Assembly: GCA_030390025.1 (NCBI GenBank)
Contig: CM059438.1
Coordinates: 66,094,001-66,158,000, forward strand
Length of the DNA: 64,000 nucleotides
Source of the DNA: Squalus acanthias
Taxonomy: Eukaryota
Reading direction: 5' to 3'
Below, one piece after another: positions 50,302 through 62,957 of the stretch. The translations under genes and the position numbers were made by a program. Position 1 is the first letter of the stretch; every line of letters starts with the position of its first letter. The notes beneath the pieces were generated by a model that had not been told where the DNA came from, ran no database searches, and was given only the letters and a program-made list of their open reading frames with translations.

Positions 50302-50877
50302 CATATTTTTTATTACAGTTATAAAAGAAGCTACAATACAAGAAGTACAGAGTTAAAATACAAAGATAATACTTATAGCATAGTAAAATAAGAGAGATAT
50401 AACCTGTCAACATCTACAAGGTTTCTAGGTGTTTGATCTCGAATGGCCTTGTGGTAACACTTGAGCATGTCCAGTTCCGATCGAGACTGTTCTAATATTC
50501 TGTGCTTTACGTCAGTCTTATATACATTAAATCACTCATTATATTATGGGAACTTGAGCCTGCTTTTGTGCCTGGATGTCAATAGATTTCAATGTTTCCC
50601 CGAGCCAAGCGGCCTCCTAACCATTCTCGCACATTCCAAGGTAAGCAGACACAGTCAACCAACAGTTCCCACGTTATGATCCAATAACAGAAGATAACCA
50701 CAGTAGACAAAATGTCTTCTGGCATAGGTGTACAAGGACAGTCACACAAGCTGCTGACAATAACAACTTTCAATCTAAAAGGCCTATTCTACGGAAAAGC
50801 CTACGAAGCGTACACTTCTCACAGTTCCCAAGCTACTCATAATCAGATCTGCCACGTTTATGGTCCCCACGGGGGAG

Positions 50878-51250
50878 TAGGGTCGCCAGCCCTCCAGGAT
50901 TGCCCTGGAGTCTCCAGGAATTGAAGATTAATCTCCAGGACACTGGTACAAGCAACCCTGGAAATATCATTGGAGCATTAAAAAAAGTTATGTATTTGTT
51001 TCATTTTCATTGAACAAACTGTCTATTAGTTATAAAGATATTGGAGATGGGGGCAAAAGGCTGTTTGACTGACGGTCAAGAATCATTCAATTGGGTAACG
51101 AATACTCTTTTCGCTTTCCAATTGCCATGGGGAAGGCGGTTCTCTGAGAGGATGGACATGTCTGGTGATCAATGGCGGGAGCGTGTGAGTGGCGCAGTTG
51201 GCGGCAAGAGGCCAGTGGAAACCTCCAGGAATATAGTCAACCAGAGTTAG
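50878..51250. mobile_element. hAT (Blackjack-like, TAGGGTTGCCA TIR) MITE
   Basis: Starts tagggtcgccagccctccaggattgcc. Colinear with 53448-53894. Confidence 0.7.
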
Positions 51251-51340
51251 GAGTCGTTCTTTGGTGCACACAGGGATAGGCTCAACTTGAGTATTTGAGA
51301 TTGTGCTGATTTTGTAGTGTAAAATGTTTCTGTGTTGCAG

Positions 51341-51446
51341 GTGACAGAGACTCGGACTGGACCTTTGGGGTGCAGCAGCTATGAGAACCTTGACTCGGTG
51401 AGTTCAGTTCTACTGCAGAGTCCTGAGAGCAGACTGCATTTGCAAG
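51341..51446 (+). CDS. BRINP1: BRINP1 internal coding exon (106 nt, probably exon 5)
   Basis: Acceptor tgtttctgtgttgcag| and donor G|gtaagt. Encodes [35 protein letters not shown](G), in frame with the previous exon across a 31,033-nt intron. Not in the ORF track. Confidence 0.95.
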
Positions 51447-51600
51447 GTAAGTGCTAGGGAAGGAGTTGGGAGGATGGGGTGGCGGGGGTGCGATATCGAT
51501 CATGTTTCAGTGTTTATACGATGCATTTATCTGACTCCCATAATATGCGCCCAGTGTTCAATGAAGCAGCCATATAATGAAATGTTGCAAGGTACACATC

Positions 51601-52270
51601 AGCCTGGAATTTCCTGAAACAGCTTAACCAGCAAGTTACGTCCAGATTTACACTGGTTTCTACGCCGATTTATGCCAAAATTTCCTCCCAATCTCATTGG
51701 TATGTTTTAAAAAAAACAGCTCAAACAAGCGGAGATCAGCATAAAAAGTCGAGCCCCGAGGAGAGCGTGGAACTCAAACCATATTCCTTTAAGTCCCTCT
51801 TTATGTATGAAAGTTAAAGTTTGAAGATATCAAACCATCACTGATGCACATTCGGCACAGAAAGTTTATGAAAATGCAATCCTGGAAGCTTTAGAATTTT
51901 AATGTGACTCGTTCTGAAGCCAAAAAATGCTTTCAAAGATGCTGTAGATATAGTGCAGGTCTCAGTGAGGAGTTATGATAAAAAGAACTTAAAGAATTCA
52001 CCAGGAAAGCAGGAAACTTACATTCTCTGGTCTTTTGTAGGGGGACGGTGGGAGAGGGAGGGGGGGGGGGTGCAGACAGAGCTATGTTAATGAGCAGTAG
52101 GAGGTTTTGGTGAAGGTTTCATCAATCAGCACAAAAGATCGCGGTAACTTGGACGTAGCATAAAAACTGACATAAGTCACGCAAATTTCCTCGATCCTTT
52201 GCTCTGAAAGTTGGCTTTACGCCATAATTATGCCGTTGCTTTGGCATAAGTTTCAAGGAAATTCCTGGCT
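51601..52270. mobile_element. non-autonomous DNA transposon
   Basis: TIR agcctggaatttcctgaaac / gtttcaaggaaattcctggct. Confidence 0.6.
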
Positions 52271-53447
52271 GCCATCCCGTAAGCCAGGCTGGCTTCATTT
52301 CATCAGGTCACTAGGATAGATGTATATGAGGAAGGCTATTTGACCCACCCTATCTCATCCAGAAAAACATCAAATCCTTCCAATGATGATATAAAGGGCA
52401 GAAATGATTCCAAGGTTTATGTTTCCATTACTCTACCTGTCAGCCCATTGCACATCATGAGATAAATTACCATACATTAGCTGGAACTGTGTCCTATTGC
52501 CATGTTTTAATTTGAAGTGATAGCCTGGATTTATCTTTTCCATGCTATTTACTATCTTTTACCTTGAGTCCCATCCCAATAGACAGATCTCATAGACATC
52601 TTAAATATGGGCTTTAACCCCTTTGTAGGACTTTCATTTTAACAATGTTAATTTTTTTTTAAATTTGTTTGAATAGCGAGCACTGATGATCTCAGTTGGG
52701 GATTGAGCTGGACCGAGTACCGAGACTAGCATAAGAGGGAGCTGCAGTAAGATGAGTGGAAGATGACCATTAAGTTATACTGCAGCCTTCACCAAAAGGT
52801 GGAGCAGTCTGCCACATGACTCCATGCGGGACCTGGCGTATAATGCTTGGGAGCTGCAATTGCAGTGGTGTTTGGGACACTGCTCATTTTGTGTGAGAGA
52901 ACAGTTGGCCATCCCATCACCGCTGTTCATTTACGGCACATCTCACTGGTGGGCAGGTCTCAGTGCTTGTGTGCACTTGTGCAGAGTTGCGCCTTTCCCC
53001 AAGTCGACGGCAATGTAATCGGGTAGCCTAGTTGCAGCTGGCCGCATTGCACCATCGTGAAACATCCTTTTGTTATTGTACCGCTTGATACTGCAGGGGT
53101 GGGTGGGTGGGGGAGGGAGGGAGCGGGTCACAGAAAGAGCCCAGAAAGTGAGCTTAATGCAGAAGGCAGAAATCAGCCGTGAAGACTGCAAGGAAGACAG
53201 AGCTTCTTCATTCACTCCTCAAAACACAAACCTCCTGCCGAGATTCGCCTCCAACTGGTACTTTTTCTGTGATTTAAGGGGAACAAATCATGTCTGCTGC
53301 AAACCAAATGTCTGCACGGTTCTGCTGAGGGGAGGAGCTTGCTGTGATTGACATGGAGTCCAGGCAAATGGGTTGAACTATTACATCATCACTGACCTCC
53401 ATGACTTTAAAAAAAATTGAAATCAAGGACCTTGTAACTCCTATAAT

Positions 53448-53894
53448 TAGGGTTGCCAACCAATGTTCCCTCTTATTTTTTTTGGGTGGGTGGCCCCTTT
53501 AAGGGGCTGCGCGGCCCATTCACAGTTTTGCGCAGTGCAAAACTTTACATTGAAAAAGCCGGTCCCTGGCTGCATGGGACCAGCAGAGAGGTGCGCCGCT
53601 GCGTGGCCGCACGCCTTATAGGGAACATTGTTGCCAACCCTCCAGGATTGCCTTGGAGTATCCAGGAATGAAAGATTCATCTCCTGGTCACTGCTGCGAG
53701 TAACTCAGGAGAAACATCATAGGGGCATTAAAAATAAATGGTGTTTTTTTTTTCATTTTCTTTGCATACTTGTTTATTAGTTATAAAAATATTGGAGATG
53801 GCATGAAAGGCCGTTTGACTGGGCAGGGCGGTTGGAGGTGGGAGGTCATGTGATAAACCTCCATGAATACATTCAACCAGAATTGGCAACCCTA
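53448..53894. mobile_element. hAT (Blackjack-like) MITE with a nested hAT MITE
   Basis: TIR tagggttgccaa / ttggcaacccta, with imperfect 8-bp TSD cctataat/cctgcaat. Confidence 0.85.
53461..53630. mobile_element. hAT MITE (CAATGTTCCCT TIR), nested
   Basis: caatgttccct / agggaacattg, with perfect TSD ttgccaac (53453-53460 and 53631-53638). Confidence 0.9.
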
Positions 53895-54244
53895 CCTGCA
53901 ATGCCTGTGTGAAAAGTACTACTTCTGTCATAATACTTACTGTGAGTGTTTTCCAAATGTTTTGTTTCATGGAGTAAAATGCTACAGAACAACGAAGGTC
54001 TCTGCAAAACTTTTCACAATGCAGCATGTTGCAGTTATGCAGAGTAGCTCAGTCTGCCCACTCAGTTTGCAATGGCTGTATAAACTGCCCAACAGAGGCT
54101 GTGAACTCTCCGATCCAAAATCAATCTAATTGCATCACTGGAACAAAATCAGGGTGGCTTATCTGCCCTGATATGGTCTTATCTCTGCCCTAAAATTACT
54201 GTCAGTATCAGAGTCTACACTTAGAGTGAACTGTCATCCAGGGT

Positions 54245-55440
54245 TTCACAGAATTTTGCAGCACAGGAGGTGGCTGTTTAGCCTACTAGGCCTGTGGCAG
54301 CTCTCTAAAAGACCTATCCACTTAATCCCATTCCCCTGCCCTTTGCACATACCCATAAACATTTTCTATTCAAATATTTATCCACTTTATAAAAAGCTGT
54401 TATGGATTATGCTTCTACCAGTGTTTCTGGTAGGGCATTCCATGTTTCTACATAGGATTACATAGGATATACGGCACAGAAACAGGCCATTCGGCCCAAC
54501 CAGTCCATGCCGGTGTTTATGCTCCACTCAAGCCTCCTCCCGTCTTTCCTCATCTAAATCTATCAGAATAACCCTCTATTCCCTTCCCCCTCATACGCTT
54601 GTCTAGCATCCCCTTAAATGTATCCATACTATTCGCTTCAACCACTCCCTGTGGTAGCGAGTTCCACATTCTCACCACTCTCTGGGTAAAGAAGTTTCTT
54701 CAGAATTCCCTATTGGATTTCTTGTTAACTATCTTATATTGATGGCCTCTAGTTATGCTCTTCCCCACAAGTGGAAACATTCTCTCTGTATCCACTCTAT
54801 CAAAATTTTTCATAATTTTAAAGACCTCTATTAGGTCACCCCTCAGCCTTCTGTTTTCAAAAGAAAAGAGACCCAGCCTGTTCATCCTTTCCTGATATGT
54901 ATATCCTCGCATTTCTCGTATCATCCTTGTAAATCTTCTCTGCACCCTCTCCAGTGCCTCTATATCCTTTTTATAATATGGTGACCAGAACTGTATGCAG
55001 TACTCTCTAAGTGTGGTCTAAACAAGGTTCGATACAGGTTTAACATAACTTCCCTACTTTTCAATTCTATCCCTCTAGAAATAAACCCTAGTGCTTGGTT
55101 TGCTTTTTTTATGGCCTTGCTAACCTGTGTCACAACTTTTAGTGATTTGTGTATTTGTACCCCGAGATCCCTTTGTTCCTCTACCCCACCTAGACTTGCA
55201 CCCTCCAAGTGATAAGTGACCTGTTCTGACAACCCTCTGTGTTTAAAAATTAAGCTAACCTTTCCCTGAATTCTTTTGGTGCTGATCCTAAATTTCTGCC
55301 CCATCGTTACTGACTCATCGGCCAGTGGAAATAATTGTTCCCTATTTGAATTATCCAAACCCCTCAAAATTTTGAACACCACTAACAGATCTCCACTCAA
55401 CCTTCTTTGTTCTTGTGAAAAGCGCTCCAGTTTTTTCTGA
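54245..55440 (-). mobile_element. young CR1 (54448-55221, (TACATAGGAT)n tail) inserted into an older CR1 3' fragment
   Basis: The inner part is nearly identical to 22387-23160. The outer CR1 reads ...gcattccatgttt|...|tgttctgacaaccctc. Confidence 0.85.
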
Positions 55441-58106
55441 TTTTAAAGGTTTGCATCAACAAAAACTGATTGGACAATGATATTTTTATGATAAAGCACA
55501 AATATCTACTTGAAGATGATGGCAGATTTGTGGGGAGTACATTTCACTGGAAGTTCAAGCCCCAGTTTCCATTGGGGGGAAAAACACCAGCCTGAGAGCT
55601 GATCTAGAGCCAGCATACTGAAAACACATGGGTTATGTACATAATCCAGCCAGTAAGATGCTTTCTTGTGGGTTGGGCAGCTTTAGATGGGCTCCCAGGC
55701 CAGTTTTAAATTGTGATCCCTGTTGTTTTAAGTGGCATACTTCCCTATTGGTGACATTCCAGGGTGAATGGAGATCCAGACTGATGGAGCGCCTGTTGGA
55801 GTTACAAAATTGATGCTTTTAAAAGTCTATGCTGCGAACAAAAAGTCTTGACGTTCCTACCCCTTGAGCCAAGTCTATTGTCTTCTCCATGTAAACCTTC
55901 TTGGTGCTGGGGGTGGCAAACATGACGTTGCATCTTACCCTTGAGAGTCCTGACGCTTGATGAATTCGAAATACCATCCTTTCTAAGTCATTTCATTCAT
56001 GGTGTAAAAGAACAAAAATTAATGTGTGGAAGTTTAATTCAAAGAATACCGTGAATTAACCTATTTTTTGATGCATTGGGATTGTGCGGCTACATGTCAT
56101 TACCATACTCCCACTCGCTAAAGCTGCGATAAATTGCCATGTATTATACTGTCAGGAAGAGAAACTCAAGAACGAATGTCACCAAGTAATGTATTTAGTA
56201 GTGAGTACAGTTTTTCCATTTTTTTTAAATTACAGTTGTGTTACAGTTTCACAGATTTTATTACCGTCTTTTTTGTTAATGGTCTAACAGCAGTTCTTCT
56301 AAGCCAGCCTCGGTAAGCTGTACTTAGTTTGCCTTTTCAGCTCATTTAACGGTACATAGCCAAAGACTAACAATTACGCCACTTGTATTAATCAGATAAT
56401 TGGAATTAATGTGGACTAACTGCATGTTTCACTTCCCAATTCTCTTCAAAACGACAGACTTAACCTCCGCTCCCCCCACCCCCCCCCCCACACCCCCACA
56501 CACCCCCACACACCCTTATTATAAATACAATGACAATGCCTTTGATTGGTTAATCACCTTAAATAAGCACAGCTTCTGACGTGCAATGATGGATGACGTG
56601 CAGCCGTGAAAAATTTTCATGCTTGAAGATTTAACTAACTAATGACAATATTAACTCAAAGTCAGAAGTCCCCTTTGACTGAAAGGAGAGAACCAATCAC
56701 TAATCAGCAGGCGGCATTCCACTGAGCCAAGTTTTCTCAGGGACTCACGAACAAATGCTGTGAGATGCAGAGCTTAGACTGGTGAACTTTGGGGACCCCA
56801 GCTTTAGTTTCTTCGCAATTTCAGAAAGGTAATTGAGAGGCAACAGACTGCATCATCGTTTAGAATCCTGTTCAGTATATAATTACCCTCCTTAAGGAAT
56901 TTCAAATTATAAAATAGCCAAAAGAATGCAGCCGGGTTTGTTTCCTAATTAGAATCATGCATGGGAATGCAGGAAGGGTAAAACTTCACACTCCATCATC
57001 CAATGCTGATCCAAAAATAGATGATAGTTATTATTCTTTGAACTCTTTCAAATTCACTTCTATCCTGGTAATTGTGCTGTGACTGCAGAATTGATGAAAG
57101 GTTATTTAAAAGGCCACCATCTAATTTGTTAATGTTGGAGCAATGGCAAAACAAGACTTAATAACACAGTGCCTGCATTCAATTAGCTAAGAGGCTCTCA
57201 ACTTGTGATGGATATTTCAATTAAAATGACGAAACGAGGTTTAGTTGCTTTCTGCATTGACTGTACTGAAATGACCAGAATAAGTCACGCTGCGTTAGCA
57301 CTGACCGAGGAAGGGGCAGGTAGGCTCCCCGACAGACCAGGCGCTCTCAAACCATGTAACACTGAATCTGTAGTTGCTGCACACTTGTCACGAAGTGATA
57401 TTTTTCCTTCTCTGGCGCGTGGGCAAGGGCCGGGGAGTCATATCTATTTCCATTTACTCCTGCGCGGGCTCTGATCAGTTCTCCAAGTGTTTTGGTCTTT
57501 AATGGGGAGAAATATATGGTAACGGGCGTCAACATTAAAAATAGCAAATGCGGTCTCCAACTGCACATTAGGTTGTTGTGTAAAATGCATCAGGACAAAT
57601 ATCAGGGAGGAACAATAGCTGTCCAATCTGGAAGTGTCATCACAGTGTACGGCAGTGGTTGCCAAGGCAACATGAATGGTTGTAGTGTGTGAACACATCT
57701 GCAGAAAAATGATGAAGGAGAGTGCCGATACCATATAAATTAATTCTACATACTAAAAGATAAAGGCAATGAAAAGGACAGTTTGTGTGAAATTCAGGTT
57801 CCCCGTCAAGGCAGACCCTCATCAATGCATTGGAAGTAATTGCTCACTGTAAAGATTTTTAGACTTTGTATTACAAGTTTCATTTTTTATATGTGTATAG
57901 CAGTAAGTTAGATACAATTTAAAAGTGCAACAGTCACAAGACTGCTGTGATCTGTGTTGCGGAAATCTTGCTGAATGAGGGAGTTCCAGGCTGGTTTGAA
58001 CATCCAGGCCGAACAGACTTGCAGGAAGTATCTCCAGCTTCATTCATTCCAGATCATAATTACTGAGCTTGAGGAACAGCAGGAGACACTTGGTCACATA
58101 TGGGAA

Positions 58107-58631
58107 GTGGAGCTCCCTCTACAGTGTCCCATTAAACACTCCCGGGGCAGGTACAGCACGGTTTAGATACAGAATAAAGATCCCTCTACACTGTCCTAGC
58201 AAACACTCCCGGGGCAGGTACAGCACAGGTTAGATACAGAATAAAGATCCCTCTACACTGTCCCATCAAACACTCCCGGGGCAGGTACAGCACAGGTTAG
58301 ATACAGAATAAAACTCCCTCTACACTGTCCCATCAAACACTCCCAGGGCAGGTACAGTACGGATTAGATAGAGTAAAGCTCCCTCTACACTGTCCCATCA
58401 AACACTCCCGGGGCAGGTACAGCACAGGTTAGATACAGAAGTAAAGCTCCCTCTACACTGTCCCATCAAACATTCCCAGGGCAGGTACAGTACGGATTAG
58501 ATAGAGTAAAGCTCCCTCTACACTGTCCCATCAAACACTCCCGGGGCAGGTACAGCACAGGTTAGATACAGAATAAAGCTCCCTCTACACTGTCCCATCA
58601 AACATTCCCAGGGCAGGTACAGCACAGGTTA
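58107..58631. repeat. 67-bp tandem repeat (~8 units)
   Basis: Unit gtacagcacaggttagatacagaataaagctccctctacactgtcccatcaaacactcccggggcag starts at 58151, 58218, 58285, 58352, 58417, 58485, 58550 and 58617. Confidence 0.95.
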
Positions 58632-58635
58632 GGGA

Positions 58636-59216
58636 CAACAGCAACAACTTGTATTTATATTGCGTCTTTAACGTAGTAAAACGTCCCAAGGCGCTTCACA
58701 GGAGTGTTATAAGAGAAAAAATTTGACACCGAGCCACATAAGGAGAAATTAGGGCAGGCGACCAAAAGCTTGGTCAAAGAGGTAGGTTTTAAGGAGCGTC
58801 TTAAAGGAGGAGAGAGAGGTAGCGAGGCGGAGAGGTTTAGTCAGGGAATTCCAGAGCTTAGGGCCTAGACAGCTGAAGGCATGACCGCCAATAGTTGAGC
58901 GATTAAAATCGTGGATGTTCAAGGGGCCAGAATTAGAGGAGCGCAGATATCTCGGAGGATTGTGGGGCTGGAGGAGATTACAGAGATCGGGAGGGGTGAG
59001 GAGGGATTTGAAAACAAGGATGAGAATTTTAAAATCGAGGCATTTCTCAACCGGGAGCCAGTGTAGGTTAGTGAGCACAGTGGAGATGGATGAACGGACT
59101 TGGTGCGAGTTAGGACATGGGCAGCAGAGTTTTGGATGACCTCAAGTTTACGGAGGGTAGAACGTGGGCGGCCAGCCAGGAGTGCGTTGGAATAGTCACG
59201 TCTAGAGGTAACAAAG
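58636..59216 (-). mobile_element. L2 LINE 3' portion
   Basis: SRRDYSNALLAG..LEVIQNSAA, LHWLPV..FKILILVFKSL...WNSL..FKTLLKTYLF, and a (TTG)n tail. Confidence 0.9.
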
Positions 59217-59989
59217 TCATTACACCCCTGCTCCCTGGCGCTCTCCCCGAATCCCACCACCATCCTCCCTATATTCAGAAGCCTCCTAAAATTTCTCGTT
59301 TTTGGCTATGCTTTTGGTCCACCACTTAATTCATTTCCAGCTTTCTTTTTTCCCCGTCTTACTTTGGCTTCGTATCTACATTTTTACTCCAATCTGTTCG
59401 GCACACTGATGTCTTTCTGTACATGAGGAGTGGTGTAGAAATGTAAGTTTTCATTCTAATTACCTTAAAACTTGCCCTTTACTGGAGCCTCCTGACCTGA
59501 TTATATTTTCCACCATCTCCCGTAAAAGAAAGCCTTTTCATTTCCCATAGACCTTCACCAACACCACCATTGCTGAGTCCCCCACCATTAACATCTTGGA
59601 GGTAACCATTGACCAGAAGCATAACTGGACCAGCCATATCGACACCGTTACTACAAGAGTAGGGCAGAGGCTTGGTATTCTGCATTGAGTAGCTCACCTT
59701 CTGGTCACTCAAATGCTCACCACCATCTACAAAGTTCAAGTAAGGAGTGCATTGGAATACTCATCACTCCGCACCAAAACAGCTCAAACCACTGTCACGC
59801 AGGACATTCTCTATGACTATGTTATTCCTCCTCAACATGGTCAATCACACCATCCTGTTCCAATGCTTCTCCTTTGTAGTCCAACTTGGTGGAACTGTCC
59901 CTACTTGGTTCCATTGTTAGCTATCTAATTGTAGCCAGATCACCTCTAGCAATAGGTTCTGTCTGCACCCTAGCACTGTCACTTTGATG

Positions 59990-60975
59990 TCAATAATTGA
60001 CAACAACATCTGCAGACTTGGAGTCAACTTCCAAATGTACAATGATGACAGCCAACTCTACCTCTCCACCATCTATCTTAACCCCACTGCTGCCTCTGTA
60101 CTTTCAGATTTATTGTCCAATATTCAGCTTGATATTGGAAAGTTCAAAGGTACTACGCCCTAACAAACTCTACCCCTTTACAATAGCAAAATACTGCGGA
60201 TGCTGGAAATCTGAAATAACAGAAAATGCACGGATGCTGCCTGACCTGCTAAGTGTTTCCAGCATTTTCTGTTGTTATTTCAAACTCTACCCCCTGCCTG
60301 CTGACTCCATCCCCCTTCCTGACCGCTGTTTCAGATTGAATCAGACTGGTAGTAACTTTGGCATCCTGCTTGACCTAGAGTGAAGTGTCTGACCCCATAT
60401 CCTTCCCACCACCAAGATTTCCTACTTCTATTTCCACAACATTGGCCAGGTCTGCCTCTACCCCAGCCCATCTGCCACTGGAACTCTCATCCCTATCTTT
60501 GTGACTTCCAGGCTTGACTTTTTCGATGCCCTCCTGGTTGGCCTCCCATTCTTCACCCTCCATAAACTTCAGCTCACCCAGAACTTCACTTCCTGAATTC
60601 TATCCCGAACCAAGTCCCAGTTGCCCATCCACCCTGTCCTCACTGACCTAAATTAGCTCCCGGTCCCCCACCACCTCAAATTTAAAATGCTCATCCTTAT
60701 GTTTATCTGATTGTTTCTTTGTGCATCTGCCTTCTTTCACCACCACCATTTGCAGTCGTGCCTTCAGATCCCTAGGTACCTCACTCTCGGAATTCTCTCA
60801 CTAAACTACTATGCCTCTCCATCTCCCCCTCTTTCTTTAAGACTGTCCTTAAAGCCCACCTCTCTTTGACCAGCCCTCCTAACATTTCCTCCTTTGGCTC
60901 AGTATCCGTTTCTCCTTGTGTCTCTGTGAAGCACCTTGGGATGATTTTCTATGTTAAAGGCACTGTATAATTGCA
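59990..60975 (+). mobile_element. old L2 LINE fragment containing a Penelope fold-back insertion
   Basis: gatgacagccaactctacctctcc (DDxQLY), NFGILLD, and an L2 3' end ttctatgttaaaggcactgtataa. Confidence 0.75.
60177..60280. mobile_element. Penelope-like terminal fragment, inverted arrangement
   Basis: Starts like 24812 (aaaatactgcggatgctggaaatctg). 13-bp TSD caaactctacccc at 60164-60176 and 60281-60293. Confidence 0.8.
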
Positions 60976-61037
60976 TGTCAGAGTTCTTCTTGTGACCAAT
61001 TGTGACATAGTATAATCTTTCACTTTCAAGAGATTAT

Positions 61038-61765
61038 GGGGGCAAAATTGGGTGCCTTTGCGCTTCCCATGACTTTGCGACCGGGCGCGGCGCTGACATC
61101 GACTCCCACCATATTCGGCGGGAGTTTTGCGGCGGCGCTACAGCGTTGCGCCCCGATCTCCTTCGCCCGGAGATCGTGACAGTTATCACCGTGCACATCG
61201 CCCCGGTAGCGCCCCAGACTCGAAATTGACTTCCGCCCCCTGCTGCAGCGCCGGTTGAAAACACCGACAGCTGCAGGAGGCGTGCATCAGGCGGCTGGCC
61301 GCTTCGGGGGTGATGATTAAAGGCGAGGTGGCCGAGGTAAGTAAAACAAAACCTTCCCTTTCTTGTTCCTGTTTTTTTCATGGGTTTATGCCCGCGATCG
61401 ATCAGCCCGGCACTCTGCTTGAGTGCCGGGCTGATCGCATGGGATCGCGGCTGCCTCTGTGGTCCAGGCAGGTAGTTTTTATATTGCCGATCCTACAGCG
61501 ATGGCCCTTCTCTTTAAGGGAGGGAAGGAGCCTTTGAACAGGGCGGTGCTGCGCGGCCCAGTGTGCAGCGCTGCTGAAGTCTCTGCCCCGCCTGCTGCCG
61601 ATGCGCTCCAAGAAGGAAGTGAAGTGTTTGATTTAGCGCTCCACTTCCTTCTTGGAGATCAAATGGTGAATTTTTCAGAAGTCTGAAATCGTTTGCGCCT
61701 GGCGCTAACTTTTCAAACTTTTAAAAATTAGCGCCCCAAATGGGGCGATAGTGAATTTCTCCCCC
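61038..61765. mobile_element. CpG-rich Harbinger-like MITE
   Basis: TIR gggggcaaaatt / aatttctccccc, 3-bp TSD tat. Confidence 0.8.
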
Positions 61766-62193
61766 TATGTTTTGTCACAATTGGTAATCATGCAGTGTAA
61801 CTCAGTGGGTGTATCCATGTCCACCATTACATCCATCACTTCCAGAGCAATGAATCTAAATCAATACTCCATGGTAGAACAGAAGTGTAGAGCTGATTTG
61901 AGAGCTGACGCCTTGAGTTTCAGTCGACAGTTCAAAATATCTGCTTTGGTTTATAATGACATCTGAGCCACCCACAATGATTTCAGCCTGATAAACACTC
62001 CTTGGTATCCATCATGCTGTCTATAGTTGTCAAATTGTTGGTGCAGTATCACATCCCGGATTCCTCCACCAGTACTGGCAATTAAAGGGGCAACATTCTC
62101 CTAGTAATGTTGCAGAAGCTACTTGGAAACTTACTTTCTCTTTGTTTAATAAATCGAGAATATTGTGGCATCATTGACGTGGCAAAAACAATT

Positions 62194-62957
62194 GGCCGGA
62201 TTTTGCCTTCAGTGGCGAACTGTTACACTTGTACTTGCCCATAGACTTTTTGTGGGCTTTTGCACCGGAAGTTCCAATCAGCCAACTATCAAAAAAGTGT
62301 AGCACCCTCTACAAGGGATCTCTGACCTGTGTGAACAGGATAAGCAATGGTGTATCTCCTTAACCAATCAGATTGAGGAGTTGTTACTGAGCAGCGCAGA
62401 GTCTGAACCAGGAAGTGTCAGTTAGAATATTTAATTCAATGTCAAATCAAGTGAAATAAAGAGGGGAAAAGAAGATTGGATTAAGAGAGAGAGATAAAAG
62501 AGACAAAGAAAAAGTTTTTAAAAAAGTATTTAAACTTTTTTTATTTTTTTAAATTCTCCAGCGATAATTAAAATCTGAAAGAATGAGATTCCACACTTGT
62601 TAAAGTTGCTTTTCCGTGCCAGAGAGGTTGATTGGCAGTAATTAAGACATAGCACACTGTTACAAATTTACTTACACTGGAATGGACAAGTTCTAATTTT
62701 TTCTGGCGAGTTTAGTGCATATCTTATGAGGCAAGTACAGCAACTTCACGCCGTTCCATGTATTTCAATGGCGAGTCTCTCGGCAAGATACCATTCTCGC
62801 ACAGCCTTTAGAGGAGCCGGGCATCTCGGACAGCAACTTTCTGATTTTCACGCTTAACTGTGCATGCACGGTCGCTGGAGGTGACTGTCTGATTTACACG
62901 TTAATAACGGTGAGCACTGTTAGCCACACCGTTATTTCTGCCGCAAAAATCCAGCCC
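62194..62957. mobile_element. Harbinger-like non-autonomous element
   Basis: TIR ggccggatttt / aaaatccagccc, 3-bp TSD att. Confidence 0.7.

Noticed and set aside
58107..58631. CRISPR-like array
   Set aside because: The units are contiguous near-identical repeats with no unique spacers, there are no cas genes, and the context is a vertebrate intron.
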